From Podarcis muralis (taxonomy: Eukaryota), in the NCBI RefSeq assembly GCF_964188315.1, contig NC_135656.1:80228001-80292000 (forward strand): DNA of 64,000 nt, read 5' to 3'. Both the position numbers and the translations under genes were made by a program. Every line of letters starts with the position of its first letter. Within the stretch, counting starts at the first letter, position 1. This document shows positions 37,855-49,081 of this stretch, one piece after another. Below the pieces are notes generated by a model, which saw only the letters and a program-made list of their open reading frames with translations, searched no databases and had not been told where the DNA came from.

Positions 37855-38076
37855 CAGTGGAACCTCGTGTAACTGATGGGATCCGTTCCGGAGGCCCATC
37901 CGTAACACAGAACTGATGCAAGCTGAAGCGCCGCGTCTGCACAGGCGCGCAATTTAGCACTTCCGCGCATGCGCGAGCGGCAAAACCCAGAAGTAACCCG
38001 TTCTGGTACTTCCGGGTTGCCGCAGGATGCAAGACGAACACATGCAACCTGAAGCGGACACAACATGATATGACTG
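37855..38076. mobile_element. Tc1/mariner-pogo MITE family B
   Basis: TA|cagtggaacctc...atgactg|TA; CpG-rich interior shared with the 14626 and 57896 copies. Confidence 0.85.
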
Positions 38077-39188
38077 TACCAGAAGATCCTAATCTACCTC
38101 CTGCATGCCTGTAATTTACAGTGCACAATACACATCATATCCAGATTATGTCCTTCCTTGTGGAACTTACAATCTAATTATTATTGTACATTCTACAGGA
38201 GCGCCTGTATTATGAAACTAACAAGTTTCATAAATAAGAAGAATTTTGACTGTGGGGGAAACAAATGGTAGAGAGGGAAAGCAGAAGCAAGAAACGTGAG
38301 GGCTCAAAAAACCAAGTACATATTAAGGTTGCCTTTTACTTGGGGATAAGGACTAAACAAGTTAAGCCAAAGGCTTCACAGGAAAGGCGCATCATGATGA
38401 AGGATTTGAAGGGAGACAGTGCTCTGGGCATAGGCACCAGCAAGGAATATATAGAATGGAACTGAAGGGATAAATTTTGAAGAACAAAAAGGCACAGGCA
38501 TGTATATAATGGAAAACAAGGGTAAAAAGAAAGGATGTTGCACAAAGAGTAAAAGGTAACAAGAATTTTGTGGCAGATGCTGAAATGAAGCCAATGGAAA
38601 GCTTTACTGAGTTATAAAGCTTTCCACACTGAAGGCATATGCCACAAGCCATGTCCTGTGAGAATTTGGCTAAACTGGCTGTGGTTATCCAGGAAAGATT
38701 TATCTGGTTCACAGGGGGGGGGAACCAGTGAAATTTGAAAGAGGTAAATTTAGTGTGAAAACAGTTACTAGGAAAGTATTTTCTTTATTTATTTAAGCAT
38801 ACTATAGCCATTTCAAATGTGTACAGTACTAGTTACCCCTTCTTAAGAAGGATATCCAAGAATTGGGGCAGGTGCAGAAATACCATTTAATGTGACCAAG
38901 GAACAGGAAGGTTCTTCCTTACAAACACCAGAATTTGAAGCATATTTGTTTACATAAAAGATATGGCAAATTTTTAATAATATCATATATAGGGTTGTTA
39001 ACACCAGCACAACACCGTAGCATGTAAGCTTTCCTGAAAACCTTGTTTATCAAAAGAAAGCCCAAATTTGTTTTTTTAGAACTGCAGGTAGGGGAAAATA
39101 GGCCTGCTCTATTTGAACAGCAAATAGTTTTGCAATTCATAGTGTTGAAAGCAAAACTGACTCTAGAATAAGATTGATATACACTTAC

Positions 39189-39229
39189 CTTTTATATACA
39201 AATAAAGTACCTTCAATGTCAGTCTTCTC
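39189..39229 (-). CDS. DCP1A: DCP1A exon 2
   Basis: tatag|EKTDIEGTLFVYK(R)|gtaagt; 41 nt. Confidence 0.97.
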
Positions 39230-41212
39230 CTATAACAAACAATAAGAAATTGTAGCAATAAATTAATTTAAGCATTACAGCCCCTGCTTTATTTATTTTC
39301 TTACATTTATATCCCATCTTTTTTCCACCATGGAACCCAAGGTGGTGAATTTGTGGTTTCTAAACAATCGCTGACCAGAACTGCTTGTTTTCAGCTCAAG
39401 TGCCTTCAGCTCATTCCCTGAGCTTTACATTTAACATAAAATTATAACTATAGCACTTAATGGATCCTAGTTATTTTCATGGTTAAGAATACAACTGTTA
39501 TGGCTGAATTCTAAGACTCGCTGTGCTGTCAAGAAGATGGCTGAGTTGTACATACTAACATCTGCTCCAACATAATGAAAACAAACCCTGAAATTATGCT
39601 AGAGGTCTAGAAAAATACATTAATACCAATGTTTATACATGGTGGCATTTAATATTGCTGTATATAATGTAAGGTGACTCCAAGCAGGAAGGCACAGCAT
39701 TCCATACAATATTTAGAACTTTAAAAAAATCTATGGTGGATTCGTTGGCATGGTTCAAATGGTAATGATAAATAAATAGGGTATTAAATTGCATGTACTT
39801 TTACATTTGATCTGTCATGCTAAATTCGTATTGAAAATCTGAAGTTAAATATTTGTTGTTTCTCCATGAATTCTGTGGGCAACTAGGGAGAGATAAAGTG
39901 AGCTATTAAATAGCATCACCTACACCACACAATGGGCAAATAAGATAAATCAGACAGTCAAAGTCACTGCAGAATTGCAGTCTGCAATTTTTTTTAAGCA
40001 CATGAAGTTTTCCACATTACCATTCTGTTTTTGAGTCAGGGGTTGCCAAGATGATGCCCACAGACATATACATGCCTGCAGAGGTTTTCATTAGAGCCCA
40101 TAGGGTCCCCTGCCTCTGATGAAATTAGTCTTGGAAGAATAATTGTAGCCAATAGACTAGGTTGTGCTATGTGTTATGCCCATAACAATTTATCTGGTAA
40201 GCAAATGTGCCCATGGACCCAAAGAGGCTGGTGACCTCTATTAAGAGCTATAGACTGTAATATATACTGAATATTAAAATGGTGTATATGTTTGCAAAAC
40301 TAAGGTTTTTAAAGTTAATGGATGATTGACCACAGTAGTCTCTCAAGCATTACTCATTGCAGAGACAACTTGCATGGGAGAGATGAAGTGGCATGCAAGT
40401 TTCAAAATATGCTTGCAATAAGAAAAAGTACAAACAAAATCAAATCAAAATATGAGATCACTGGAGGCAAATCAGAACAACTCAGTAGAACAGAGTTTTT
40501 CAAACTGCAATGTGTAGGTGTGTAGTGCGAACACGCCCTGCGCTCCTCCCAGGGCTGCAAAGGGGTTAGTTTAACCTCTGGTTTGCTAGTAAAACTGAAT
40601 TACTGTGTTGTGAAATGATGTCTAAAAATGATGTCACCAACATGAAAAGTTTGGGAAGTTCTGCAGTAGAAGACCAAAGGAAAGAGCGGTAACCCATTCC
40701 TTGGTAACATGTTACCACCATGTTACGTAGGCTCACTAAAGAGCAAAAACGATCAAGAGTGTGTGGTGCTATCTTGGAAGAGATTGCTTTAAAGACTGCG
40801 CACAACAGCAGAAAAGGCTCTTACCCACATATTCTCCATCCTAATATCTGAAGGCAGGAGGAGTGGGCAAGTTCAGATGAGAGGAGGTGGCCTTTAAATG
40901 GCTGATACCGACCCATTTAGGAAAAGAAGTTTCTGCTACCTCTGTCAGCGAGGCTCTCTTGGTAAATATAATGCAGTGCTTCTAATGAATCCCAAAACTT
41001 ACTGTGCAGATAGTTCAGTGAACACAAAGGAATTTTTCATACACTAAAATTTTTCTCACATATACATGTTATTCCTAAATTTGCATGACTTGTTGAAATA
41101 GTGGAGAGGGTAACAGCTGTGTTTGTTTGTTATTGCAACCTATATGTTTGCACCACTAACCACCATGCAGAAATGTCCTGCAAGGGAAGGTGGGCAGCAG
41201 TAAAATTATTGC

Positions 41213-41388
41213 AAGCTATACCATAGCTCAGTTGTAGAACACATGTTTTGAATACAGAAGGCCCAGGGGTTCAATATCATCTCCAGGCAGGGCTAGGAAA
41301 GACTCCTGTCTGAGATCCTGGAGAGCCACTGCCAGTCAGTGTAAACTATACTGGCCTGTATCTGACTCAGTATAAAGCAGCTTCCTAT
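41213..41388 (+). mobile_element. tRNA-derived SINE (Squam2-like), degenerate
   Basis: A-box tagctcagttg and B-box ggttcaatatc, then a CR1-like tail ...tgactcagtataaagcagcttcctat. Confidence 0.7.
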
Positions 41389-41689
41389 ACAGTGAGAACA
41401 GAGATGGCATATGCCACATTGCTCACTGAAAAAAGATGTAAATCAACTTCTGATTTGGTCCTAAGAAGGGTCCAAGCCTTGTCAATCCACATGGAACAGG
41501 TCATGAATTCTGGATGACAATGACCTAAAATCCTGTTTGGGTACAGTTGTGTGCAATTAAAAATGTATAAACATTCCCTAGAAAGGACGAGTACTTTCCA
41601 CCTTGCAATCTCTTTCATGTCTAAGTAAGAAGCTGAGTGCAACTGCAGAGTCTTCACCAGTCCAGTAATGCCCCCTTTAAAACAGAGAT

Positions 41690-41822
41690 GGGGAACTTGT
41701 GACTTTCCAGCAGTTGGGTGGGTTACAACTCCCATTAGCCCTGACCACTGAACATGCCAGCTGGGACTGATGGAAGTTGGGAGTCCAACAGCATCTGGAG
41801 GTGCACAGGTTCCACACACCAG
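41690..41822. mobile_element. Degenerate hAT-type palindromic MITE (a similar copy at 49232-49360)
   Basis: Architecture gggaacttgtgac...acaactcccatt...gatggaagttgggagtccaac...ggaggtgcacaggttcc, like the 34125 element. Confidence 0.6.
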
Positions 41823-41869
41823 CTCTAAAATATGTGGTTAAGTAGGAAACAGTGTAGGTGGGAGCTCTG

Positions 41870-41900
<31 letters not shown>

Positions 41901-42090
41901 GCCTACCTTCCCCCAAGTAACTCAGAGGTCTTTCCACAACCACATGTTTTTTTTCCTAACAACAGCCCTATCACACAGATTAGACTGCAAAATGGTGATG
42001 GGTTGAAATCCACCTTCAAACAATCCTCAAGCTTTGTGGCTGAGTGGGGATCTGAACCTGTGTCTCCCTCATGCTAGTCTGAATCATAGT
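41870..42090 (-). mobile_element. Old MIR/Squam3-like SINE with (TAAA)n tail (another at ~51755-51875)
   Basis: acaacagccctat...gagtggggatctgaacctg (B-box in reverse) and a (ttta)n tail. Confidence 0.55.
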
Positions 42091-42639
42091 GATAATCAGA
42101 TAATCTAAAAGAAAGCCTTGAACTTGGGCTGGCTCCGACCTATGAAGTAAAGGAGGAGAAATGTACACAAGCTGGAATCCTTCAGTTCTAGCTTTCATAA
42201 TCCTGCACTATATAATTAGAACCTGTCGCTAAAACCTTGCTCTCTCACAAATATACACGCACACCAACAGATATGAGCCCTGTCAATATACACACACCAA
42301 CAGTACATAAGCCATCATTCTCTGGATCCATAATTTCAACAACTAATGCAAATCTGAAGGCTGGCCAGGGATGCTATTTCATATTTTGGAGAGGAGGGGA
42401 CAGCAAGATCCAGTAAGACCCATTCTAGGATGTGGGCATGGCTGAAAGCAGCATTTTAGGCATATGCAGTCTTCAGAATCTGTGGACCAGCAGCCAGCCA
42501 CAAGGGCCTCCTAGGACTCAGAAAAAGCACCGACGGAAAGAAAAGTTCACTCCAGTACTAGTTCCTACCAGCCTCAACTGAGGCCGGCTAATTTGAAAGG
42601 GTGTGTTAGGCGCTAACTAATCCGCCCTGAATTTTGAGC

Positions 42640-43490
42640 CCAGCGAGTTAGTGGCAGGAGGAGGAGAAGAGCACGAGGAGGAGGAGAACCACGGAAAACC
42701 AAGGGAGGTGGGCGTGTTCCCCAAGCGCTTCGCCAACCGGACCGGACAGCCTCCTCTCTTCTCCCCCACCGAAAACATCCCTCTGCGGACAGTCGAGGAT
42801 ATATAGGAGGGGTGGGGAGGGAAAGCCGCACGTGCGCGCCCGCCCCCAACCCAACCCGCCCTCTTTCCTTGCGGGTGGCAGGCGCCAAGCGAAGGCGCTT
42901 TTGTGCGCCTCTTCCATCGGGACCTTCCTTCTCTGTGAGCCTTGGGACCCCGCGAGGAGACTTTGGAGGAGGGCGAGTGGGGTGGGGAGGCAGAGAGAAA
43001 AGGGATAACAGCCGGGGCTGAGAGGGGGGCGCAGCCTGGCCCCCCGCTCAGCGCCCCACTCACCCACTCGTTGGCCTTGGGGTTGAAGCGGTAAAGGGCC
43101 ACCTGGCCGGTCACGTCGGCGATGCTGGTGATGTAGGGGTCGTTCTGCTTTAAGGCCGCCAGGCTCATGTCCTGCCCCGCTTTGCTCAGAGACTCCATCT
43201 TGGACCCGGGATCTCAGCCGCGGCGAGGGGGCGGGGGAAGGAAGGAAGGAAACAGCCAGCCAGCCAGCCGCGCGGAGGAGCCCTGTGCGCAGCGCTTCCT
43301 CATCCGCCGGCCGGAAACCGCTACCCTGCGCCTTCGGTTCCGTCGCTGCAGCGCGTAGGGTCACGGGGGTCCTACAGGGGTTCCTGAGGATGCTTAGCCT
43401 CTGGTCGCTCTGTCTTGTCCTCGTTTCTCCACACGCCCAGGCTTGGCCAGTTTCACAATCGAAATGCGTCGCCCGGCCCCCCACCCAGAA
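42640..43490 (-). promoter_or_regulatory. DCP1A: CpG island / DCP1A promoter, 5'UTR and start of intron 1
   Basis: GC/CpG-rich block around exon 1. A YY1-like CCAAGATGGAG overlaps the start codon, and an E-box CACGTG lies at ~42829. Confidence 0.85.
43064..43198 (-). CDS. DCP1A: DCP1A exon 1 (mRNA-decapping enzyme 1A, EVH1 N-terminus)
   Basis: MESLSKAGQDMSLAALKQNDPYITSIADVTGQVALYRFNPKANEW|gtgagt; 135 nt. The ten exons (135+41+128+67+124+111+750+66+219+81 = 1722 nt) splice in frame to 573 aa plus stop. Confidence 0.98.
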
Positions 43491-44709
43491 ATAAAACCCA
43501 GCTATATAACCAAACCAGCTTCTGCAGAAATGCCAGGAGCTCAGAAACACATCAGAAGTAAAGGGAATCCGTTGCTTTCTCCTGCTGGAGCCCCTTCAAG
43601 CTGAAGATTCCATAAGTTATTGTTGGTTCTCAAATAGTTCCACGATTTTTGTATGTTTGGCGAAAACGTAACTACTGTACGTTTAAGAAAGCCCTGAATG
43701 TAATGACACCGTTTTATTATCAACTATTTAATTAAAAGCTAATCACAGATTCAGTATAGTAGTGGGGAGGTGGGAGGTGTGTAGAAAGAGGGGAAGGGAG
43801 GGGTTTTACGGTTTATCCAGATTTGGGCACCGGCACCTATTATTATTTTTTTATATATAAAGAAAGCACTGACTTCATGTAAATAGCTTTGTGAAAAGCA
43901 GCACTGCTTTACAAATCTCAGCGTTCTGGGATCATTGGAAGTTAGGATATTTTTGTTTTGCTTTGTTCTGCATTCCACTCTGCCAAATGAAGAACGTGAA
44001 GAACACCTCATTTATAAAAACACATAGGATAACAATGAATAATCTACCAAGTATAGCCATGTATAGCCTTAGGTTCAAACAGGAGGATAGCTACTAGTTT
44101 TTGTTTTACTTCCAAAACTGATAGCCATGCTCAATGTACAGCAAAGGTAATTTTACATTATGCAAATGTAATTTTACAAGTATGCAAATCCACCTTAAGT
44201 TGCTATTTCTCAACCTGACTTACCTCCTGGAATGTTTTGTGAGAATGGAATGTGGCTCTGAGCTCTGTGGAGGAAAAGTGGCATATACATGAAATAAAGC
44301 AGAATTTTCCAGCTGTTTTGTTCTACAGCTACCATCTGGTCCAACATGCATGGCTGTGCTGGCTGGGACTGATAAGGGTTGTAGGCCGAAACAGCTGGAG
44401 GACACCAGGTTGGCAAAGGCTACAGTAAAGCATGGGAGGAGCTTTCAAATCAAATATTTATTGTTATAGTCAATGACTACCATTAAACAAGCAAATTAAG
44501 AAGCACATAGATGTTTGTCCAGATGTGCATAGTTGGATATAATAAATAAAAGTAAAACAGAATAAAATAAAATGAACATAAAAAAATAAAGTTATGGTCA
44601 CATAATGATCTCCAAAGAAGAAAATTACAAGATGTCTGGAGTGATTTCCTGATGGGGTTTGCTTGCTGCAGCTGAGTATTTGGCCACTGAGAGTGATAGA
44701 TGTGTTTTA

Positions 44710-44732
44710 TGATGATGATGATGATGATGATG

Positions 44733-44782
<50 letters not shown>

Positions 44783-45128
44783 TTATTTATACCCCGCCCA
44801 TCTGGCTGGGCTTCCCCAGCCACTCTGGGCGGCCTCCAAAATAATATTAAAATACTGTAATACATCAAACATTAAAAACTTCCCTAAACAGGGCTGCCTT
44901 CCGATGTCTTCTAAAAGTCTGGTAGTTGTTGTTCTCTTTGACATCTGGTGGGAGGGCGTTCCAAAGGGCGGATGCCACTACCAAGAAGGCCCTCTGCCTG
45001 GTTCCCTGTAACTTGGCTTCTCGCAGTGAGGGAACCGCCAGAAGGCCCTCGGTGCTGGACCTCAGCGTCCAGGTAGAACGATGGGGGTGGAGATATACTG
45101 GACCGAGGCCGTTTAGGGCTTTAAAGGT
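44710..45128 (-). mobile_element. Lizard L2 LINE 3' end with (ATT)n(ATC)n tail
   Basis: Minus translation FKALNGLGPVYL...LRSSTEGLLAVPS...GTRQRAFLVVASALWNALPPDVK; microsatellite tail at 44710-44782. A shorter copy lies at 52549-52698. Confidence 0.88.
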
Positions 45129-45719
45129 TTTGATCTGAGGTGAGTAAAAGAATGTAAAATGCATCTGATTGTCCTGGGTTTGATGAAAATTTTTCAAAGG
45201 CCTCAGTAAAAGGAGCAGTAGAGGAGGGCACGAGTCACCAACTTGACCTCTCCAGAGGTACAGGGAGAGCTTCAAAAAAACCTCACATATTCCAATTGAA
45301 TGCACCCATTTTGCCTATTGCAGGAACAACAGCATGAAAGGGCTATTCAACCTGCTTGTGGACTTTTCATAGGAATCTGATTGGCCACTGTGGGAGGCAG
45401 ATACTAGACTACATGGACCTTTGTTCTGATTCAACCTGGCTCATCTTATGGCCCTGGGTTCACACCTTTGCTGTTAGTTAACTGAGCTTCAGTAGAAACT
45501 CAGAATTAACTTCGCCCTCCTAGAGTGTAAAGGGGCTGTAGCAAATGTAAAGATAAATTCTCAGTGAAGGCAGCTTTCAACTTCTCAAGTGCTTAAGTCC
45601 CTGTGAAAGTGCAATATGAAGCAGGCTGATACATAACAGATTTTGATAATAGATTTTTTTTTAGTATTCTAACACCACTTCTGGTGGATTTCTTATTAGA
45701 TGCTATTTTCATTAACATA

Positions 45720-46175
45720 AGAATGCGAGAAAATAATAGGAGCCCGCAGGATCAGGCCAATGGCCCATCTAGTCCAGCATCCTGTTCTCACAGTGACCAC
45801 CCAGATGCTTGTGGGAAGCCTGCAAAGCAGGACATGGGCACAACAGCACTCTGCCCACCTACAATTTTCAACATCTGGTATACAGAGGCATAATGCCTCT
45901 GACAGGGGAGTTAGAATGTACCTGTCATGGCTAGTAGCCATTGATAGCCCCATCCCCCATGACTTTATCTAATGTCATCTAGGTTTGTGGACATCACTGC
46001 CTCCTGTGAAAGTTCCTGTGCAACCATGCACTGCGTGAAGAAGTGCTCTCTTTTATGTGTCCTGAATCTTCCAACATTCAGTTTCATCGACTGTTCATGA
46101 CAGAAAATCATGACAGCGTATGAGAGACATTCATCCACTTTCTCCATGCCATGCATAATTTATAAACTTCTATCT
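45720..46175 (-). mobile_element. CR1 LINE 3' fragment
   Basis: Minus translation MKLNVGRFRTHKREHFFTQCMV...QEAVMSTNLD, typical of the CR1 ORF2 C-terminus, followed by a CR1-type 3'UTR. Confidence 0.8.
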
Positions 46176-46318
46176 GGTTTTACATTAGTCACTTTTTAAT
46201 AGATACGGTACATTAAAAGACACAAATAGCAACCATGGTGTTTCAAAATGGACCCTAGAAGCTGGGAGTTTGGTCCCTTGGCAAAGTAATACACTGGAGC
46301 CAACATGTCATCTTGGGC

Positions 46319-46887
46319 TGTCATAATGTTTTCTGTGCACTGCCAGCCACCAAGCTCATAAGGAAAAGACAGTGTGCCTAAGCTTCACAGAAGGTAGCAA
46401 TGCCACCCACCAATTCTCCCTGTTCCCATCAACCAGTGTACAGTATTGGCTCCTTCCATGCCTGCTGATAGAAGTGTGAGGTTGTGTTCTGGAAGAGCAA
46501 GCATGTACTCCTTTGAGTGGGTTTGTGAGGTTTGTGTGCACTGGTGTCTCCATGACCTTGGAGGCAGAGGCGGGGCTGACACCAGCTCAGCATCTGATTG
46601 ACTCAGTCATCTCTCCCAAAGGAGAGGCTCATCACTGACAGGAGGAGATGCCAGTTCAAGAGCAGGAGGTGTCTGACTAGGGGTGTATCAGTTTTCACAG
46701 GGGTGGAACACTTGTCTTTCAACTTGCTTGATCCCTCCTCAGGATCCAGCAGTCTGTCCCCTGAACAACTGGCCTCCTTCCTGGCCTCTGGTACTTATTG
46801 ATTTAACTTGGCCCATCCTGCTAGCACCTTTTCCAGGGTTCTTCAGCCCCAACTCCCATAGCTCCTCCTTGGAATCTGACCATGACA
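46319..46887. mobile_element. Possible degenerate solo LTR
   Basis: About 570 bp bounded by inverted termini TGTCAT...ATGACA; no matching TSD found. Confidence 0.35.
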
Positions 46888-48430
46888 TCCATTACATGTT
46901 CACAGGATTGTTGTCATGATAAAATAGAGCACCAAAACCATGCTACGTTACTGCCTTCATAAAGTATCATAAAGAGCATTGATAAAATAATATATATGCA
47001 CCAAAATCCCCCGCCTTTCTGTTTAAATTTCCATCCTGATATTTGTAGAAGCTTTCATTTGTTTGTTTTGCTCAGGGCCAATCTCAATCAATCACAGTAA
47101 ATAAACTGTAATGTACAAATGCCCCAAAGAGTTTGCAACACAGAATAATTATTTTTATCTATGTAGACTTGTTTTAGGAGCCTTCTGATTCTTGCATTTG
47201 ATCCTTAAGTTTACACACCCCCAGGCCTCCGGGAACGGATAAAGTGTGGGGAGGCTAATGTGAATCAATACACACTGCTTGCTCTTTCCTGTGAAGCCAG
47301 TGAAATCCTTTTGGAAATAAATGTAGAGTAGGAAACATTAAAGAAATGGTGAATAATTGAAACCATGTAATTTAATAGAGTACAAGTATAACAGCATAGA
47401 AGAACAATTTATGCTTCTGTGTGCTCCCCTATGGTTGTGGAATTAACTAACCATAACTAGTGGCTGTTCCAGCTAACAGATGTGAAATGGCCATTGCTGA
47501 ACAAAAAGGGCTATAAACCACCCTGATGATCCAATAAGAACAGCTGCCGGTGAGCAGCCAGTTTCATTTCTATACCAAGGCTGTTCTCACCACAGCAGTA
47601 GGAAAGGTTGAAATAGGTCACAGGCAGCCCTCCTTACATTGCTCAAGAACATTAGAAGGATTAATAATTTATGGATTATCTCCTAGAAACAATGATCTGG
47701 TGCAGACAGGTAATCCAATCTCCTGCATCCTTCTGACATGGGATGCCATTTCATCAGGGGATTGTGCAAAGGCGGCAACTTTTCTGGAAAGGCAGCATCG
47801 GCCTGCCAGCTGGAGACATACAAATTGCAGGAATTTGCTTCATGAATATGACATCTTCCGTCTGAGGGCGGTAAGTGGTTCTAATGACACAGGTAAAGCT
47901 GGAGCTGTAAATGTGCCGCTCACAACTTGCAACCCGTTTTTTTATTATTATTATTCTTAAGAGGATCTGTTTTCTTAAGGCAGCTTGTGGTAAAATAAGA
48001 CATCCTCCCTTGTCATTAACGCTGCTAGCCAACTACAGATGCAATTTGCATTTCTGTTCTGTTTCTTTTTGTGTAAGAGTCGAGAAAGCTGCTGATTTCT
48101 TTGGTGCGTTTAGCAAACTTGCATGCACTTTGCAAAGTGATGAAAGTCTCAACCAATGCAATGGGAACTCTCTTGTTCCCTTACAGTATACAAATATTTG
48201 TTCTTCTCTTTTCCTAAATGTTAATGTTTTGAGCAATATTCAGTCACAGGTAATATAATTTCAATAGGACTACTGTAGGTCTGCAGTAAACAGCTTAAAT
48301 CTGCAGCTGTAACAAACATAAACAGCGAACGTCATTCCTTTGTGAAATAGTGGAAGATCAGCCATTTTTGTCATTAGAAGGTGAGCAAATGCCATAGAAA
48401 GCAATTGTGGTTGCCTAATGAGGGAAACTG

Positions 48431-48795
48431 GGGACGTGGGTGGCGCTGTGGTCTAAACCACAGAGCCTAGGGCTTGCCGATCAGAAGGTCGGCGGTTCGA
48501 ATCCCCGCTACGGGGTGAGCTCCTGTTGCTTGGTCCCTGCTCCTGCCCACCTAGCAGTTCGAAAGCACATCAAAGTGCAAGTAGATAAATAGGTACGGGC
48601 TCCGGCAGGAAGGTAAATAGTGTTTCTGTGCGCTGCTCTGGTTTGCCAGAAGCGGCTTAGTCATGCTGGCCACATGACTCGGAAGCTATCTGCGGACAAA
48701 CGGCGGCTCCCTTGGCCTATAGAGCGAGATGAGCATGCAACCCCAGAGTCGTCCGCGACTGGACCTTATGGTCAGGGGTACCTTTACCCTTACCT
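48431..48795 (+). mobile_element. Sauria SINE (Squam1), full length
   Basis: gggacgtgggtggcgctgtgg...ggttcgaatcc B-box...cctttacccttacct tail. 15-bp TSD taatg(a/g)gggaaac(t/a)g with 2 mismatches. Confidence 0.92.
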
Positions 48796-49021
48796 TAATG
48801 GGGGAAACAGCTGCTGAAGCCCTCGGAGTAGGACTCACCTGCCTCCCCACCATGCAAAAAAAAGAGAGAGGCAATCTTATGCATTCTTACCTAAAAGCAA
48901 GTCTCACTGAAATCAATCGCAAGCACTTTTGAGACAACCTCATCAGCAGTCTTGGACTGTCTGTCTTTGATTAGGTCCAAACTTTGTAATGTAAACTATG
49001 CCTGCAGTGGTATATAGCAAC

Positions 49022-49023
<2 letters not shown>

Positions 49024-49078
<55 letters not shown>
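49024..49078. repeat. (GA)n microsatellite
   Basis: Read directly from the sequence. Confidence 0.95.

Positions 49079-49081
<3 letters not shown>

Noticed and set aside
42613-43550. 300-aa and 193-aa ORFs at the DCP1A 5' end
   Set aside because: CpG-island artefacts; the real coding part stops at the gtgagt donor at 43063.
44700-45011. ORF starting with poly-Met, resembling the CACNA1D N-terminus expected by synteny
   Set aside because: It is the reverse-complemented (ATC)n(ATT)n tail of an L2 element; the downstream KKMQHQ-like residues are absent.
48431-48505. tRNA-like A/B boxes (also 29720-29784 and 41221-41280)
   Set aside because: These are SINE heads followed by SINE bodies and tails; no complete cloverleaf.
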